Positions 1-32,977 of a stretch of 64,000 nt of DNA are shown piece after piece. The position numbers were made by a program, and so were the translations under genes. Origin of the DNA: Microbotryum violaceum (Eukaryota); NCBI GenBank assembly GCA_001244265.2, contig LN717261.1, positions 930,001 to 994,000 on the forward strand, read 5' to 3'. Each line of letters opens with the position of its first letter. The first letter of the stretch is position 1. The notes beneath the pieces are model-generated. The model made no database searches. It was not told the origin of the DNA and worked only from the letters and a program-made list of their open reading frames with translations.

Positions 1-201
1 ACACACCTGATCTGATGCAGAGCCAAACATGAGGAAAAGACCCAGTCTGGCGCCCGCGGGATCAGGCTGTAAGGCAAGTTTGCCTTACACACCTTATGTG
101 GCACCCGATATTTGAATTACATCAATTCAAATTGCTTTACTTTTGGATCAGGCGTTAGGGTGCCACGCTTGCCTTTCACAGGCCTATCAAATTCCATTCA
201 C

Positions 202-2231
202 TCACGCATACGCCACACAGACCTCCTCGACCTCTTGCCTCTCCTTCCAACTTGCCCCTTCACGCGATGCATCTGCCAAACCCATTGCGTGTACAAAATC
301 CCAGTGTTTCCTCGACCCGAGCCCCTTTGTCAGGACGTCCGTGGCCATTGTGTTTAATGGGATCCAGACCATCTCAATTGTACCTTCGGCAATGTGGTCC
401 TGGATGAAGTGGAAGTGAATCCCAATGTGTTTTGTGCGAGCATGGAAAGCAGGGTGTTTCACAAGCCAAATCGCCAATTGATTGTCACCATGGAGTCTTG
501 TCGGCTCCGTCTGAGGGAAGCCCAGTTCGGATAGGAGGCGGCAAAGCAAGATCCCTTTGCGGGTGGCAAACGACATAGCGACATACTTGTCTTTGGTGCT
601 GGAGACGGTGACAAGTGCCTGTCGCTTGGACATCCACGAGATCGCTCTCGAGCCTCACTGATTCCGAGTTCAAACAGAAAGGATCAAACGGTGTAATCGC
701 AGGCGAAGATAAACTACTCAAAAGACTAAGGTCAAGAGGCGCCCATGGCGCCGCGCGCAGGGTGGCTTGAGGCGGTTGTGAGGCGCTAGTGGAGCCGCGC
801 CTTACAAGGAATAGGAGCTTGCCAACAATCACGCGGTAAGGCTTTGTTGAGGCATCAAAAGTCGAGTCTTTACAAGAGTGAGACTTGTAGAGCATTATTG
901 GGGTGAGCCTTGGATTGCAACCCACCATGTTGTGGTCCTTGAGGCTCAACGAGATGAAGTGAGGTTGATGAACAATGGCCACTCCCGTTTTGCCGTCCCT
1001 CATGATCCGTTGGCCAAGGAAGAAGGTTGCCTTGTCCAAGCTTTTTGCTTCGAATCGAGACTTGAGTTGTTGAATGAAACCATCGAGGTTGCCATCACCG
1101 GTGAGGAGGCTGTCGTTGACGTGGATTGAGAGGAAGAGCTTGCACACCCCTTCAGTTTTGACAAGCACAGTGTGGTCACTCTCGGTTTGGACAAATCCAA
1201 CCAATTTGATCCATCCCGCAAAGACTTTGTACCACTCTCGACCTGCTTGGCATGTCCGGCAGCCGCATGTGGACAACGACGTCACCCATCTCCCCATTGA
1301 GGTATGCTGAAGAGATGTTGAATTGGCGTGTTTCCCATTTGTTCTCGACAGCTAAACCGAGCAGAAGTCGGTGTGAAGCTGCGCGACCGGTAGGTGAGAA
1401 CAGTTCTTTGTAGTTGCGCCCGTCCTTTTGCATGTTGCCGCAAGCAACAAGACGAGCCTTGTACTTTTAAATACACCCTTCACTGTTGCGCTTGATAGCA
1501 AGAACCCACTTGCTGCTGATGATTGGTGTGCCCGGAGAGAGGTGGAAGAGCGGGGGAGAGAACGTCCCCTTCGCTGCGAGCGCAGCCTTTTTGGTCTTGG
1601 TTGCCAGCAACCACATCCCCTGTTCTTTGCTTGACATCGCCTCCCAATAGGTCGGAGCGTCAGGATTTGGCCGGGCAGTGAAGGCCCATTGGAAGTCAAT
1701 GATCTTGACCGCATGTGCTTTGTCGGCGCCAAATTTGGTGACAGCTGTCGCTGCCATTGCAAACTCGCCAAAACGTGCCGGGGGTCCGCGGTTACGAGTT
1801 GACCAATCACCAACTGGCTCTGACCAGGCCGGTCCCGGATTATTGAAGCCGAGCCCAGGTGGGGGCAGTGGAAAAGGAGGGGCGGGCGCGTAGGGAGGAG
1901 CCAACGCCAATGAATTCACCGGGGGAGCCAATTTGTTGTCGTCAATGTCGTCATCGAGATATGCAGAGGTGGTTGAAACCCCATCATGGATCATACTGTT
2001 CCACCATCAAAGCGTTCAAGTTTCTTTTGCGTTGTGAGTGCGACCAAATTCCCGCTCGTAGAAGGTGGCTTGTGACGACTCAAAGACCTTGTGGCAAGCG
2101 GGATCATAAAAGCCCCACACCCTTGATGTCTGCGAGTAGCCAACAAAGAAGCAGTGGCGTGACCGGGGTGCGAGCTTGTGCCCACATTGTTCCGGCAGCA
2201 GTGGAATGAGCGCGTGACAGCCCCAAATGCG
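202..2231 (-). pseudogene. Degenerate copia pol remnant (family E): IN C-terminus, RT, RNase H
   Basis: Fragmented ORFs with copia motifs FFVGYSQTSRVWGFYDP, ISSKWVLAIKRNSEG, FNISSAYLNG, SIHVNDSL, HPAFHARTKHIGIHFHFI; many stops and frameshifts. Confidence 0.85.
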
Positions 2232-4760
<2,529 letters not shown>

Positions 4761-7270
4761 TTGTTGAGCGCAGCAATCGCACCATCAAGGAGGGCATCCT
4801 TGCTCTGCTCTACTCCTCTGGCGCTGATTCACACCTCTGGGGTGAGGCTGCCTTGTACTACGTGCACTGCAAAAACCTGATGCCTCACGCCGGCATTGGT
4901 GGTGAGATCCCGACACCCGTTGGCACGGCTTTGCGCCTGACATCTCCACCCTTCGCGCATTTGGCTGCCCCGCTTGGCACCACCTTCCCTCGGCCAAGCG
5001 CACGGACCTCGACCCCAAGGCTGTACCCCTCCTGTTTGTTGGTTTTGACCACCATGCCAAGGCTTTCCGACTCTTCGAGCCGTCCACGCGCAGGATACAA
5101 CTCAGCCGCAATGTTGTCTTCCGTGAATCCGAGTTCCCTGCACTCTGGCCAGCCACCGACGTTCGCGCTGAACCAATCCCACTCCCCGTCACTGTTGACG
5201 CATACCCTGACCAGGTAGACCCCCTTGAGCCTTCGCTCGTTGCTTCCCCTCGCTCACTCGCGCCTCGCGCTGAGCCAGCTCGACCCGTGCCGGCAGCCCC
5301 TGACCAGGGCCCGCACCGTCCCGCCCCTGCCTGCAAGGTCCCTGACCAGGACTCACTCGCACCCCCTGCCCCTGACCAAGGCTCCCCTGCTTGTGAGCTC
5401 CCTGACCCGGAATCACCTGCATCAAGCGCCTCTGACCAAGGTAGCTCTGACTCGGCCATCTCCACGCCTTGTCCTTCCCCGCGCCCCGTGGCCTCCCGTG
5501 CGTTGCCAGCGCCACCCTCACCCGCTCGGTCCGACTCCCCGGACCGATCGATCTCCTGCCACGCCCACGCGATGTTGCTTCGCTATGCCAGGCGCAGGAG
5601 TTTCCCGACGACGTGGATGACGCACTCCACTCACCCTCTGCCGTGGCCTACCTTGCCTCTGGCGCTGCCGCCCTCATTGAGACCTCGCCCGCCGACCCTG
5701 CGGAACTGATTGCCCCGCTCGCGACCCACCTCACTGGCGAGCGGCCATGGCCACTCCTCAAGCGGATGAATGGCGTCTTGCGGCCCGCGACGAGTTTGAC
5801 TCACTCTTGCGAGATTTTTCGGCGTTCACACCGATTGACGAGTCCCTTGTCCCAGCAGACGCCAAGGTCCTGGGCTCCCGCTTTGTCTTCCGCACCAAAC
5901 GCGACCAGCATGGCCAAGTCAAGTCCTACAAGGGCCGTCTCGTTGCTCGTGGTGACTCCCAACGCTCTGGCATTGACTTTGACGAGACCTTTGCACCCGT
6001 GGCCAAATTCACCTCCATCCGCGCACTCCTGGCTCTTGCTGCTGCTCATGGGTACCACGTCCACCAGGCCGACATCGACAAAGCCTACCTGCACGACAAA
6101 CTCGACGCACCCCTGTACAATTGTGTGCCTGATGGCATCTACATGCCAGGCAAGGTCCTCCAACTGCATCGGTCCCTCTATGGTTTGCGCCAGGCCGGTC
6201 ACATCTGGAACGACGAGATTGACTCTGCCTTGTCCGCACTCGGCTACGTCGCCACCAAATCCGACCACTGCGTCTACGTCAGGACAACGGGTGATGTGCA
6301 CCACTACATTGCGCTCTATGTCGACGACCTGCTCATGATCAGCCCCTCTCTCCCTGAGATTGAGCGTACCCTTCAGGGTCTTGAGCAGCGCTATGGTGTC
6401 AAACGGCTCGGTGAGGCAGAATACATCCTCGGCATCCAGATCCGGCGCTCTCCAGACGGTTCCATCTCTCTGAGTCAGGAACAATACCTCAAGGACGTCC
6501 TTGCCCGATTTGGAATGTCCGATGCCCATCCCGTTGCCACGCCCATGCAGCCCGATCTCCGCCTCGAAGTCGAGCTGCAGCCCACCCCATTCCCGGATCG
6601 CACTCGGTACCTGCAGGCCATTGGTTCCCTTATGTACGCGTCCACTGGTACTCGGCCCGACCTGGCTTACACCGTCGGTTACTTGGCTCGCTTCTCTCAC
6701 TCGCCTTCCGCTGCTGCTTGGGGAGCTGTCAAACACGCCTTCCGTTACCTCGCTGGCACTCTTTCTCACGGCTTACGCTACGCTCGTGGGAATCCGGCAC
6801 CGCTCTTGGGCTACTCCGACTGCAACTGGGGTGCATGCGTCCTCTCTTCCAAGTCGACCATGGGTTACACTTTCGTCTATGCAGGTGCTGCCGTCTCATG
6901 GTCCTCCCGGCTTCAATCGCGCGTTGCCGACTCCACTTGTGACGCCGAGTACCTCGCACTGTCACACGCTGGTAAGGAGGCAATCTTTCTGCGTCAGCTC
7001 TTTGGTGAGCTTGGCCTTTCGTCTTCAAAGCCCGTCCTCATCTACGGCGACAACCAAGGCGCCAATGCTCTCACCAAGAATCCGGTATTTCATGCTCGGA
7101 CTCGGCACATCCGCCTGCGCGAACACTTCGTCCGGGATATGGTTTCCATGGGCGACATTGTTGTCCAGTACATCAACACTGGTGAGATGACAGCGGACAT
7201 CTTCACCAAAGCATTGTCACGCGACCTCTTTGCTTGGCACCGCGGTCGACTCGGTATCTGTGCTCCCTGA
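4761..7270 (+). pseudogene. Family A pol 3' part: IN C-terminus, linker, RT-RNase H (open ORF 5747-7270)
   Basis: [44 protein letters not shown] at 7281-7288. Confidence 0.92.
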
Positions 7271-7288
7271 TACTCGAAGTAGGGGGGG

Positions 7289-7723
7289 TGTGAGATCAAA
7301 TATCTCCTTCATGTCCTTCATGTATCTTGTACCTACCTCAACATCCTCCTCTCTTCGTTTTGATCACTTTTGGCCTACTTTTCACCACCTTAGCTCTCCC
7401 ACTCTGGGCCTGGTCTCTGCACCTGGGCCAGGTCCGTGCGCCTGACTTTGGCTGGGCTGACTTGGGCCCAGCCAAATGGCCCCACTCTGGTTTCTCTCCT
7501 GCTCAAGCAACTTCTTGGTCTGGTCTCCCTTGGTCCTTCGATCAGAGACTTACCACCGCTTGAGCAGGTGATCACTACTCTTCCTATCATCTTTCACCCC
7601 TCTAGATGTGGTAACTTACTGTAGTGCTTGAGCAGGTGTGTAACAAGCAACTTCTTGGTCTGGTCTCCCTTGGTCCTTCGATCAGAGACTTACCACCGCT
7701 TGAGCAGGCGTGACATCATCACA
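7289..7723 (+). repeat. Family A LTR (TG...CA) shared by two tandem elements
   Basis: Preceded by PPT AGGGGGGG and followed directly by a PBS and gag. Confidence 0.92.
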
Positions 7724-7735
7724 GGTTATGAGCCC
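7724..7735 (+). promoter_or_regulatory. Primer binding site GGTTATGAGCCC (Ty5/copia-type half-tRNA-iMet PBS)
   Basis: Abuts the LTR end; complementary to the iMet anticodon arm GGGCUCAUAACC. Confidence 0.85.
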
Positions 7736-7801
7736 AAACCGAGCTACCAGTGCGGCCACCTCCGTGCCCGCCCTTCGCTCTACTTTTTCACCCTTCGCAA
7801 C

Positions 7802-9313
7802 ATGTCCGACGCCGGCGCCTCCGCGCCTGAAGCCAAGCTCCGCGAGCCCATGCCCGATGCGCCGCCCTTGCGCCCGCCCACCCACTCTGCGGCCTTCCCA
7901 ACGACCGAGCTGCTTCGCAACTCGTCCGGCTACCGAGACTGGGTCCTCGCCATCCGTTCACGCCTGCCCTCCGGCGTCGTCCGTTACCTCAACACGGGCG
8001 TACCACTCGAGTCTTGGCCTGCTTCGTATGTCCCTCTCTGGGACCACTACGCCTGCTCCTCCATTTGCGCCTCCGTCGATTCGCAAACCGTCCTCCCGGG
8101 CCTGTCACCTTACCTCGACGAACCGCTCGCAGCACCCAAGGTCTGGCAGGCACTTCGCGAACGCTATGGCACCGTCTCTGCTGTCGATCTGCTACCGGTC
8201 ATCCAACGCCTCTTCAGCTCTGACCCTGTGCCCGTCACTCCCGACCTGTTCCTGCAATTCCGCGACAGCTTCGAGAACGACGCCCGGCTGCTGCAGGACT
8301 CGCAGGTCACTGTGAACGCTCTTCTCGCCTCGCACTTGCTTGCTCGCCTTCCTTCGTCCTTCGACGCCTGGCGCACCACCTTTGTCGCTGCCCAGGGTGA
8401 CTCCACTGCAATGCCCCCTGCCACCGAGATCTTCACGCGCCTTTATCGTGATGTCAAAGCCCGCCCGTCGACACTCCCGTTGCTGCCGTCGCCACGCCGC
8501 AGGCCCGCCACGGTTGCTCAAGGCCGTGCCCAAATCCGTCTTGTCGCAAGATGCACTGGCTCAGGGAATGCCCCGACACCGTCTGGGCCGCCGCCTACCG
8601 AGCTCGCCGCACCGCCGAGAAGAAGGCCTCCCAATCAGTCGCTTCACCCGCCGCAGTCGACACACCCTGTACGCCCAAAGCCCTCCTCGCCATCCCTACC
8701 AAAGTGTCCTTGCTGACTCTGCACCGTCGCCTTGCGCACTTGCCCGTTGCGCAAATCAAAAACATTGTGCAGAAAGGCTTGGTTACTGGGGTGGATTGGG
8801 TGTATAAGGATCAGGAGCTCCGGGATTTTTACTGCAATGCTTGTCTTGCTTCCAAAGCGCATGCCCTCCCCTTTGCCCGGTCCAAGTCCATCGCCTTTGG
8901 CCGTCTGGATCTCCTCCACGTCAATGTAGCACAAATGCCTCGCCCTACATTTGGTGGACATCGGTACATGCTGGTCATCATTGATGACTTCTCTTGCAAG
9001 CACTGGTGTCTCCTCCTGGCACTCAAAAGTGACGTCTTCCCTTGCCTTCGCGACTGGATCCTTGAAGTCGAGAATGCCACCGGCAACAAGGTGAAGACCA
9101 TCCGCTCTGACAATGGAGGCGAGTTCACTCTGCGCAACTTTGTCGACTTCTGTACAAGCAAAGGCATTCCTCGGGAACTCACCATCCCTTACACACCCCA
9201 ACAAAATGGGCGTGTCGAGCGCAGCAATCGCACCATCAAGGAGGGCATCCTTGCTCTGCTCTACTCCTCTGGCGCTGATTCACGCCTCTGGGGTGAGGCT
9301 GCCTTGTACTACG
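7802..9313 (+). pseudogene. Family A gag plus integrase with the protease region deleted; truncated by a family B LTR
   Basis: MSDAGASAPE start, Zn knuckle C-PNPS-C-RKM-H-WLRE-C, LHRRLAH..CNAC, RSDNGGEF, PQQNGRVER; about 410 bp missing relative to 40550-40960. Confidence 0.88.
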
Positions 9314-9606
9314 TATAAGACGATCACCACAACTGTCAGGAGAGGTTGAGAGTCAAACAGCAGTGATGAAAAGGAAGCTAAGAAACAAAAGAGGGGCCCG
9401 CGCTGGGATAGGCCCAGCCGCGGGTGAAATCGCTAGGGCGCTGAGGCAGCTGCGCGCGTCTAAGTCGCCACCTCAAGGGGGCGGCCTAGCGGGCGCCTGC
9501 TCGCTGAGGCAGTCGCGCGCGCCTAAGTCCCCACCGCAAGGGGGCGGGCTAGCGGTGCGCGCGACGACCGAGGCGCCTCTGTCGAGCTGAGAGTGGACTC
9601 TTCACA
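9314..9606 (-). repeat. Family B variant 3' LTR (one module), TG...TA
   Basis: Homologous to 2232-2523; PPT at 9607-9614. Confidence 0.88.
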
Positions 9607-9647
9607 CCCCCCCCACGCGAATGCGAGGCAGACCCGAGGCGCGGGTG

Positions 9648-16983
<7,336 letters not shown>

Positions 16984-17319
16984 TATTCGATCAACTCTAC
17001 TACGTCAGCGATGTAGTTATAGCCAAGAGTGATGAATAGGAAGCTAACAACAAGAGAGCCGCGCGCCTCACGTCCTCAGGCTGCGAACCTTGGGGCTGAG
17101 CCAATGGCCCAGGCTCGCCCTGTGTGCCTAAGTCCTGGGGCTGTGTGCGCCTGCCTCGCTCCGCGCGCCTAAGTCCTGAGCCAATGCGCCTTGCTTGTTC
17201 CGCGCGCCTAAGTCCTGGGCCGGTGCGCCAGGCAAGCGCGCGCCTAAGTCCTGGGCCGGTGCGCCAGGCTCGCTCTGCGCGCCTAAGTCCTGAGCCGAGC
17301 GGAGAGTGGATTCCTCACA
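16984..17319 (-). repeat. Family D 3' LTR (one terminal module), TG...TA
   Basis: Minus strand TGTGAGGAATCC...GATCGAATA; PPT at 17320-17329; RNase H tail at 17330-17458. Confidence 0.9.
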
Positions 17320-17458
17320 CCCCCCCCCCACGCGAACGCGAGGTAGACTTGAGCCGTGGGTGTCGCGTCCGGAGGCCCAGAGCATAGCAATGCGTACCAA
17401 AAATCTTGGGACCTAGCGCTTTGGTGAATAGGTCCGCAACCATGTTCGCTGTGCCAAC

Positions 17459-22570
<5,112 letters not shown>

Positions 22571-22692
22571 ATGGTTTCCATGGGCGACATTGTTGTCCAG
22601 TACATCAACACTGGTGAGATGACAGCGGACATCTTCACCAAAGCATTGTCACGCGACCTCTTTGCTCGGCAGCCGGTCGACTCGGTATCTGT
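22571..22692 (+). pseudogene. Family A RNase H tail fragment
   Basis: Near-identical to 7139-7261. Confidence 0.8.
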
Positions 22693-23119
22693 TGTGATGT
22701 TGTCACGCCTGCTCAAGCGGTGGTAAGTCTCTGATCGAAGGACCAAGGGAGACAAGACCAAGAAGTTGCTTGTTACACACCTGCTCAAGCACTACAGTAA
22801 GTTACACGTCTAGAGGGGTGAAAGATGATAGGAAGAGTAGTGCTCACCTGCTCAAGCGGTGGTAAGTCTCTGATCGAAGGACCAAGGGAGACCAGACCAA
22901 GAAGTTGCTTGAGCAGGAGAGAAACCAGAGTGGGGCCATTTGGCTGGGCCCAAGTCAGCCCAGCCAAAGTCAGGCGCACGCGACCTGGCCCAGGTGCAGA
23001 GACCAGGCCCAGAGTGGGAGAGCTAAGGTGGTGAAAAGTAGGCCAAAAGTGATCAAAACGAAGAGAGGAGGATGTTGAGGTAGGTACAAGATACAAGAAG
23101 GACATGAAGGAGATATTTG
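22693..23119 (-). repeat. Family A LTR, first bases cut off by a family B LTR
   Basis: Reverse complement of 7289-7723, ends ...ACATCACA. Confidence 0.88.
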
Positions 23120-29287
<6,168 letters not shown>

Positions 29288-32200
29288 TCGGCAACCCGCG
29301 ATTGACGCTTGAGGACCAGGACACAGCGGAGCCGGCAATGTAGAAGACGAAACCCATGGTGAGACCGATGTGTCGACGCAGGCACCCAGTTGGCATCGGA
29401 GTAACCTACCACGCCCGTGATGTCCGTCTTACACGAGTGTAGAGAAGCTCGTCGCGATAAAGTGGCTCGGAGGTAGCGTAGGACGTGCTTGACGGCAATC
29501 CAATGGCGCTGACCCGGGTTGTTGGCGAAGCGGGCCAGGTAAGATACGGCGAAGGCGATGTCGGGGCGAGTGCCAAGCGAGATGTAGAGGAGCGAGCCGA
29601 TTGCCTGTAGATACCACGACCTGATCTGTTCCGTGCCTTGGCCCGGAATGGCGGTGAGCGAAAGACCGGGGGTCATCGGGATGGTAGCGCCGCGAGTCGT
29701 AGTGTCGAAGTGGAACCGAGCGAGCACGTCCATGATGTACCGTTCCTGGCATAGGGCGATAGAGCCGTCGTTGAGACGCCTGATCTGGATGCCGAGGATG
29801 TACTCGGCCGGTCCAAGGCGTTTGACACTGTAACGTTGTTCCAGGCCCGAGATGACGCGTTCGATTTCGGCCAGGTCCGGGCTGATCATCAGAAGGTCGT
29901 CGACGTACAGTGCGATGTAGTGTGGGCTTTGACGATTGTCGAGCCGAGAGTAGACGCAGTGATCGGTGCCCGTCGCCGTGTACCCGAGAGCACGAAGCGA
30001 AGCATCGATGTGTCGATTCCAGATGCGGCCGGCCTGTTTGAGCCCGTAGATGGAACGGCGCAGTCGAAGCACCTTGTCGCTGGGAAGGTCGAAGCCGCGT
30101 GGTGCCGTCATCCAGATGTCGTGATTGAGGTCGCCGTGAAGATAGGCTTTGTCAATGTCCGCTTGGTGTACATGCAGGCCGTTGGCAGCCGCGAGCGCGA
30201 GGAGTGAGCGTATCGAAGAGAAGCGGGCGACGGGTGCGAACGTCTCGTTGAAGTCAATGCCGTCCCGTTGCCGATTGCCCTGCGCTACCAAATGTGCCTT
30301 GTGGCCAGTGATTTCGCCAAGTGCGTTCCGTTTCGTTTTCCAGACGAACTTGGACGTGACGATGGTCGCGCCCATGGGTGCCGTAGAGCGGTCCTCGATG
30401 GTGAAAACCTTGAAGTCGTCGCGCATGGAATTGAACTCATCATCGGCGGCCTTGGCCCACACTTCACGTTTGTCGCTCGACATTGCCTCGCGCCAGGTCT
30501 GTGGGTCGCTTGTGATGGACTTGACTGGCTGGATGGCCTCAGCGTCAGAGGTGTCGTCGTCGGTCGCGATGAAAGCGCGGTGGTGTCGGGTGAGGAAATC
30601 GATTTCGTCCGGCGATTCGTCACGAGAGTGGCGCCCAATGAGGTCGAGTTTGTCGGGCGACTCCTCAGCCGATGCGGGCTCGCGGAACGTGCTGAAGTCG
30701 GGGCGGTGCACGTCTGGTGGGTTGAGGCGAACCTGGGGCTGTGAGCTGATGAGGTCGAGAGGATCGGCGGAATATTCAGAGTCGGTTGGCAAGGCCGAAG
30801 GTGACCACAATGCGGCCAAAGACGGTGAGGGCGCGGACGATGGTGCAGCCGACGGGGACGAGGCCGGTTCAGGAGACAGTGACGAGGACGGCGCAGGCGA
30901 CGGTGACGCGGGCGATTCGGCATCTGTGGGATTAAGTAAGGATCCGCCAGTGTACCCTGGGGCCACGTCAACGGCGCTCATGGAAGAATCATCAAGAGGG
31001 GATGAGACGTCCATGTGCGCCGACCTTACTAGTGGGGTCCATGATTCGACGGTGGTTTGAGGGTCGGCAAAGGGAGCGCTGGCGAAGTGCGTGTCATCGT
31101 CTGGCTCGGCGGAGTTGCCACATAAACCGGGGAATTCAGTGTCGAGGAAGGTGGCATTTCTGCCCAGGGTGACCTTCTTTGTTGTAGTGTCGTAGAAGCG
31201 GAAGGCTTTGGAAGCCAAGTCGTAGCCGGTGAACAGAACGCGAACCGCTTTCGGGTCGAGTTTAGAGCAAAGTTCGGGCGCGACCGTGAGCCAAGCCGCA
31301 CAGCCGAACGGGTGAAGCGCGGAGGCTGTGGTGCGTCCGCCTTGCCAGACCGAGGTCGGTGTTGCCTTGTCGAGAGCCGAGTGTTGAACCAGGTTCTTGC
31401 AGTAAACGAAGTAAGCCGCAGCCTCCTCCCAGAATGTCTTGGGTAGATGGGCGTCCGCCAGAAGGGCAAGAATACCTTCAACAATGGACCGATTGACCCG
31501 CTCCGCCCGACCGTTTTGTTGAGGCATGCGAGGGATAGAGTATTGTCGACGCGTACCTCGCACCTTGCAGAACTCCGTGAATGCTCTCGAGCAATACTCG
31601 CCACCATTGTCAGTTTGGAGGACCTTCAGTATTGCACCTGTCTCAAGCTCGACCTCGGCAAGCCAAGTCTTGAACACGCTGAAGACTTCGCTTTTATGTC
31701 CGATTGCGTAGGCCCACAGTTTGCGCGAGTAGTCGTCGAGGAACGTGACCAGGTATCGTTTGCCGGTCAAGGAACGCTCCGGGAGGGAAAGTACATCACT
31801 GTGTACGAGGCCGAGTCTCTCGGAGGAGTGCAAATCCGAATCGGGAAAAGGAAGACGATGGCCCTTGGCGCTGAGGCAAGCATTGCAGACAAACTTCTCT
31901 ACCTCTTCGTCACTATATCCGGCCCCGAGACCCTCCAGCAAACCAGCGGCAACCATCTTCTGTATGGACGACGGTGCGAGATGGCCGAGGCAGCGGTGGA
32001 GAGTCAGCAGGGGCACGGAAGACTGTGAACGAGAGAGGAGAGCAAGGTGCTGACATTTGGAATGATCAGCGTCGAGCAAGTCGAGTCCCTCGTTGAGCCT
32101 CGTGCCTTCAGCGATGTTGTTGCCGTCTTTGTCGATGTCAATGCATGTTTCGTGAAGGCAACACGGACGTCGTTGGTGTCGCAAAGTCGAGAGACCGAGA

Positions 32201-32473
32201 GGAGATTGACGAACAGGCCGGGAGTGTGCAGCACGCCAGTGAGCGTGATTGGATGGCCCGAGGCAGCAACGAAGGCGATGTTTCCCGTTCCGATGGCGTT
32301 GATGCCCCCTGCAATGCCTCCAATCTTTGTGGGAGCGATGTGGCGATAGGTCGTGAACAGCGACTTGTCCGAGACCATGTGCGAGGTGGCCCCCGAGTCA
32401 ACGACGAAAGAGTTGGTGCGAAGCTGGCGGCGACGTGCGAGAAAACTGGTGGCGATACATCCGACATGGTGTT
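29288..32473 (-). CDS. Family B pol (PR-IN-RT-partial RNase H); longest open frame 29203-32184
   Basis: 993-aa ORF with IN and RT continuous in one frame; gag continues at 38484-39166. Confidence 0.92.
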
Positions 32474-32959
32474 TATGAACCACACAACTGCTCAAGCGGT
32501 GGTGAGTCTCTGATCGACGGACCAGGGAGACCAGACCAATGAAGTTGCTTGGATTACACACCTGCTCAAGTGCTACAGTAAGTTACCATGGCTATGGAAG
32601 GGAGAGAGGAACTAGAAAGTGTAGTGCTCACCTGCTCAAGCGGTGGTGAGTCTCTGATCGACGGACCAGGGAGACCAGACCAATGAAGTTGCTTGAGCAG
32701 GAGAGTGAGAAGCGCGGAGCCAGTTGGCTGGGGCAAGTGCGCAACCAGGTCCGTGCCCCAGTGCCAAGCGCACGGACCCAGCCTAGAGGCAAGGGGAGCC
32801 AGGCAGAGAGTGACTAGGTCCGTGCACTTGATGCAGGTGCACAGACCAAGCCCAGTGATGATAGAGCAGGGTGAAGGACAGGCCAAAAATCACAGAGAGG
32901 ACAAGACAGAAAGAGGGAGATGATGTGAGAAGGAAGTACAGAGAGTTGTAACTCTCACA
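32474..32959 (-). repeat. Family C 3' LTR, long form (486 bp), TG...TA
   Basis: TGTGAGAGTTAC...GGTTCATA; PPT at 32960-32968. Confidence 0.9.
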
Positions 32960-32977
32960 CCCCCCCTACTTCGAACA

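Noticed and set aside
1-201. Possible 3' LTR of family E
   Set aside because: No clear PPT or terminus and no second copy in the window
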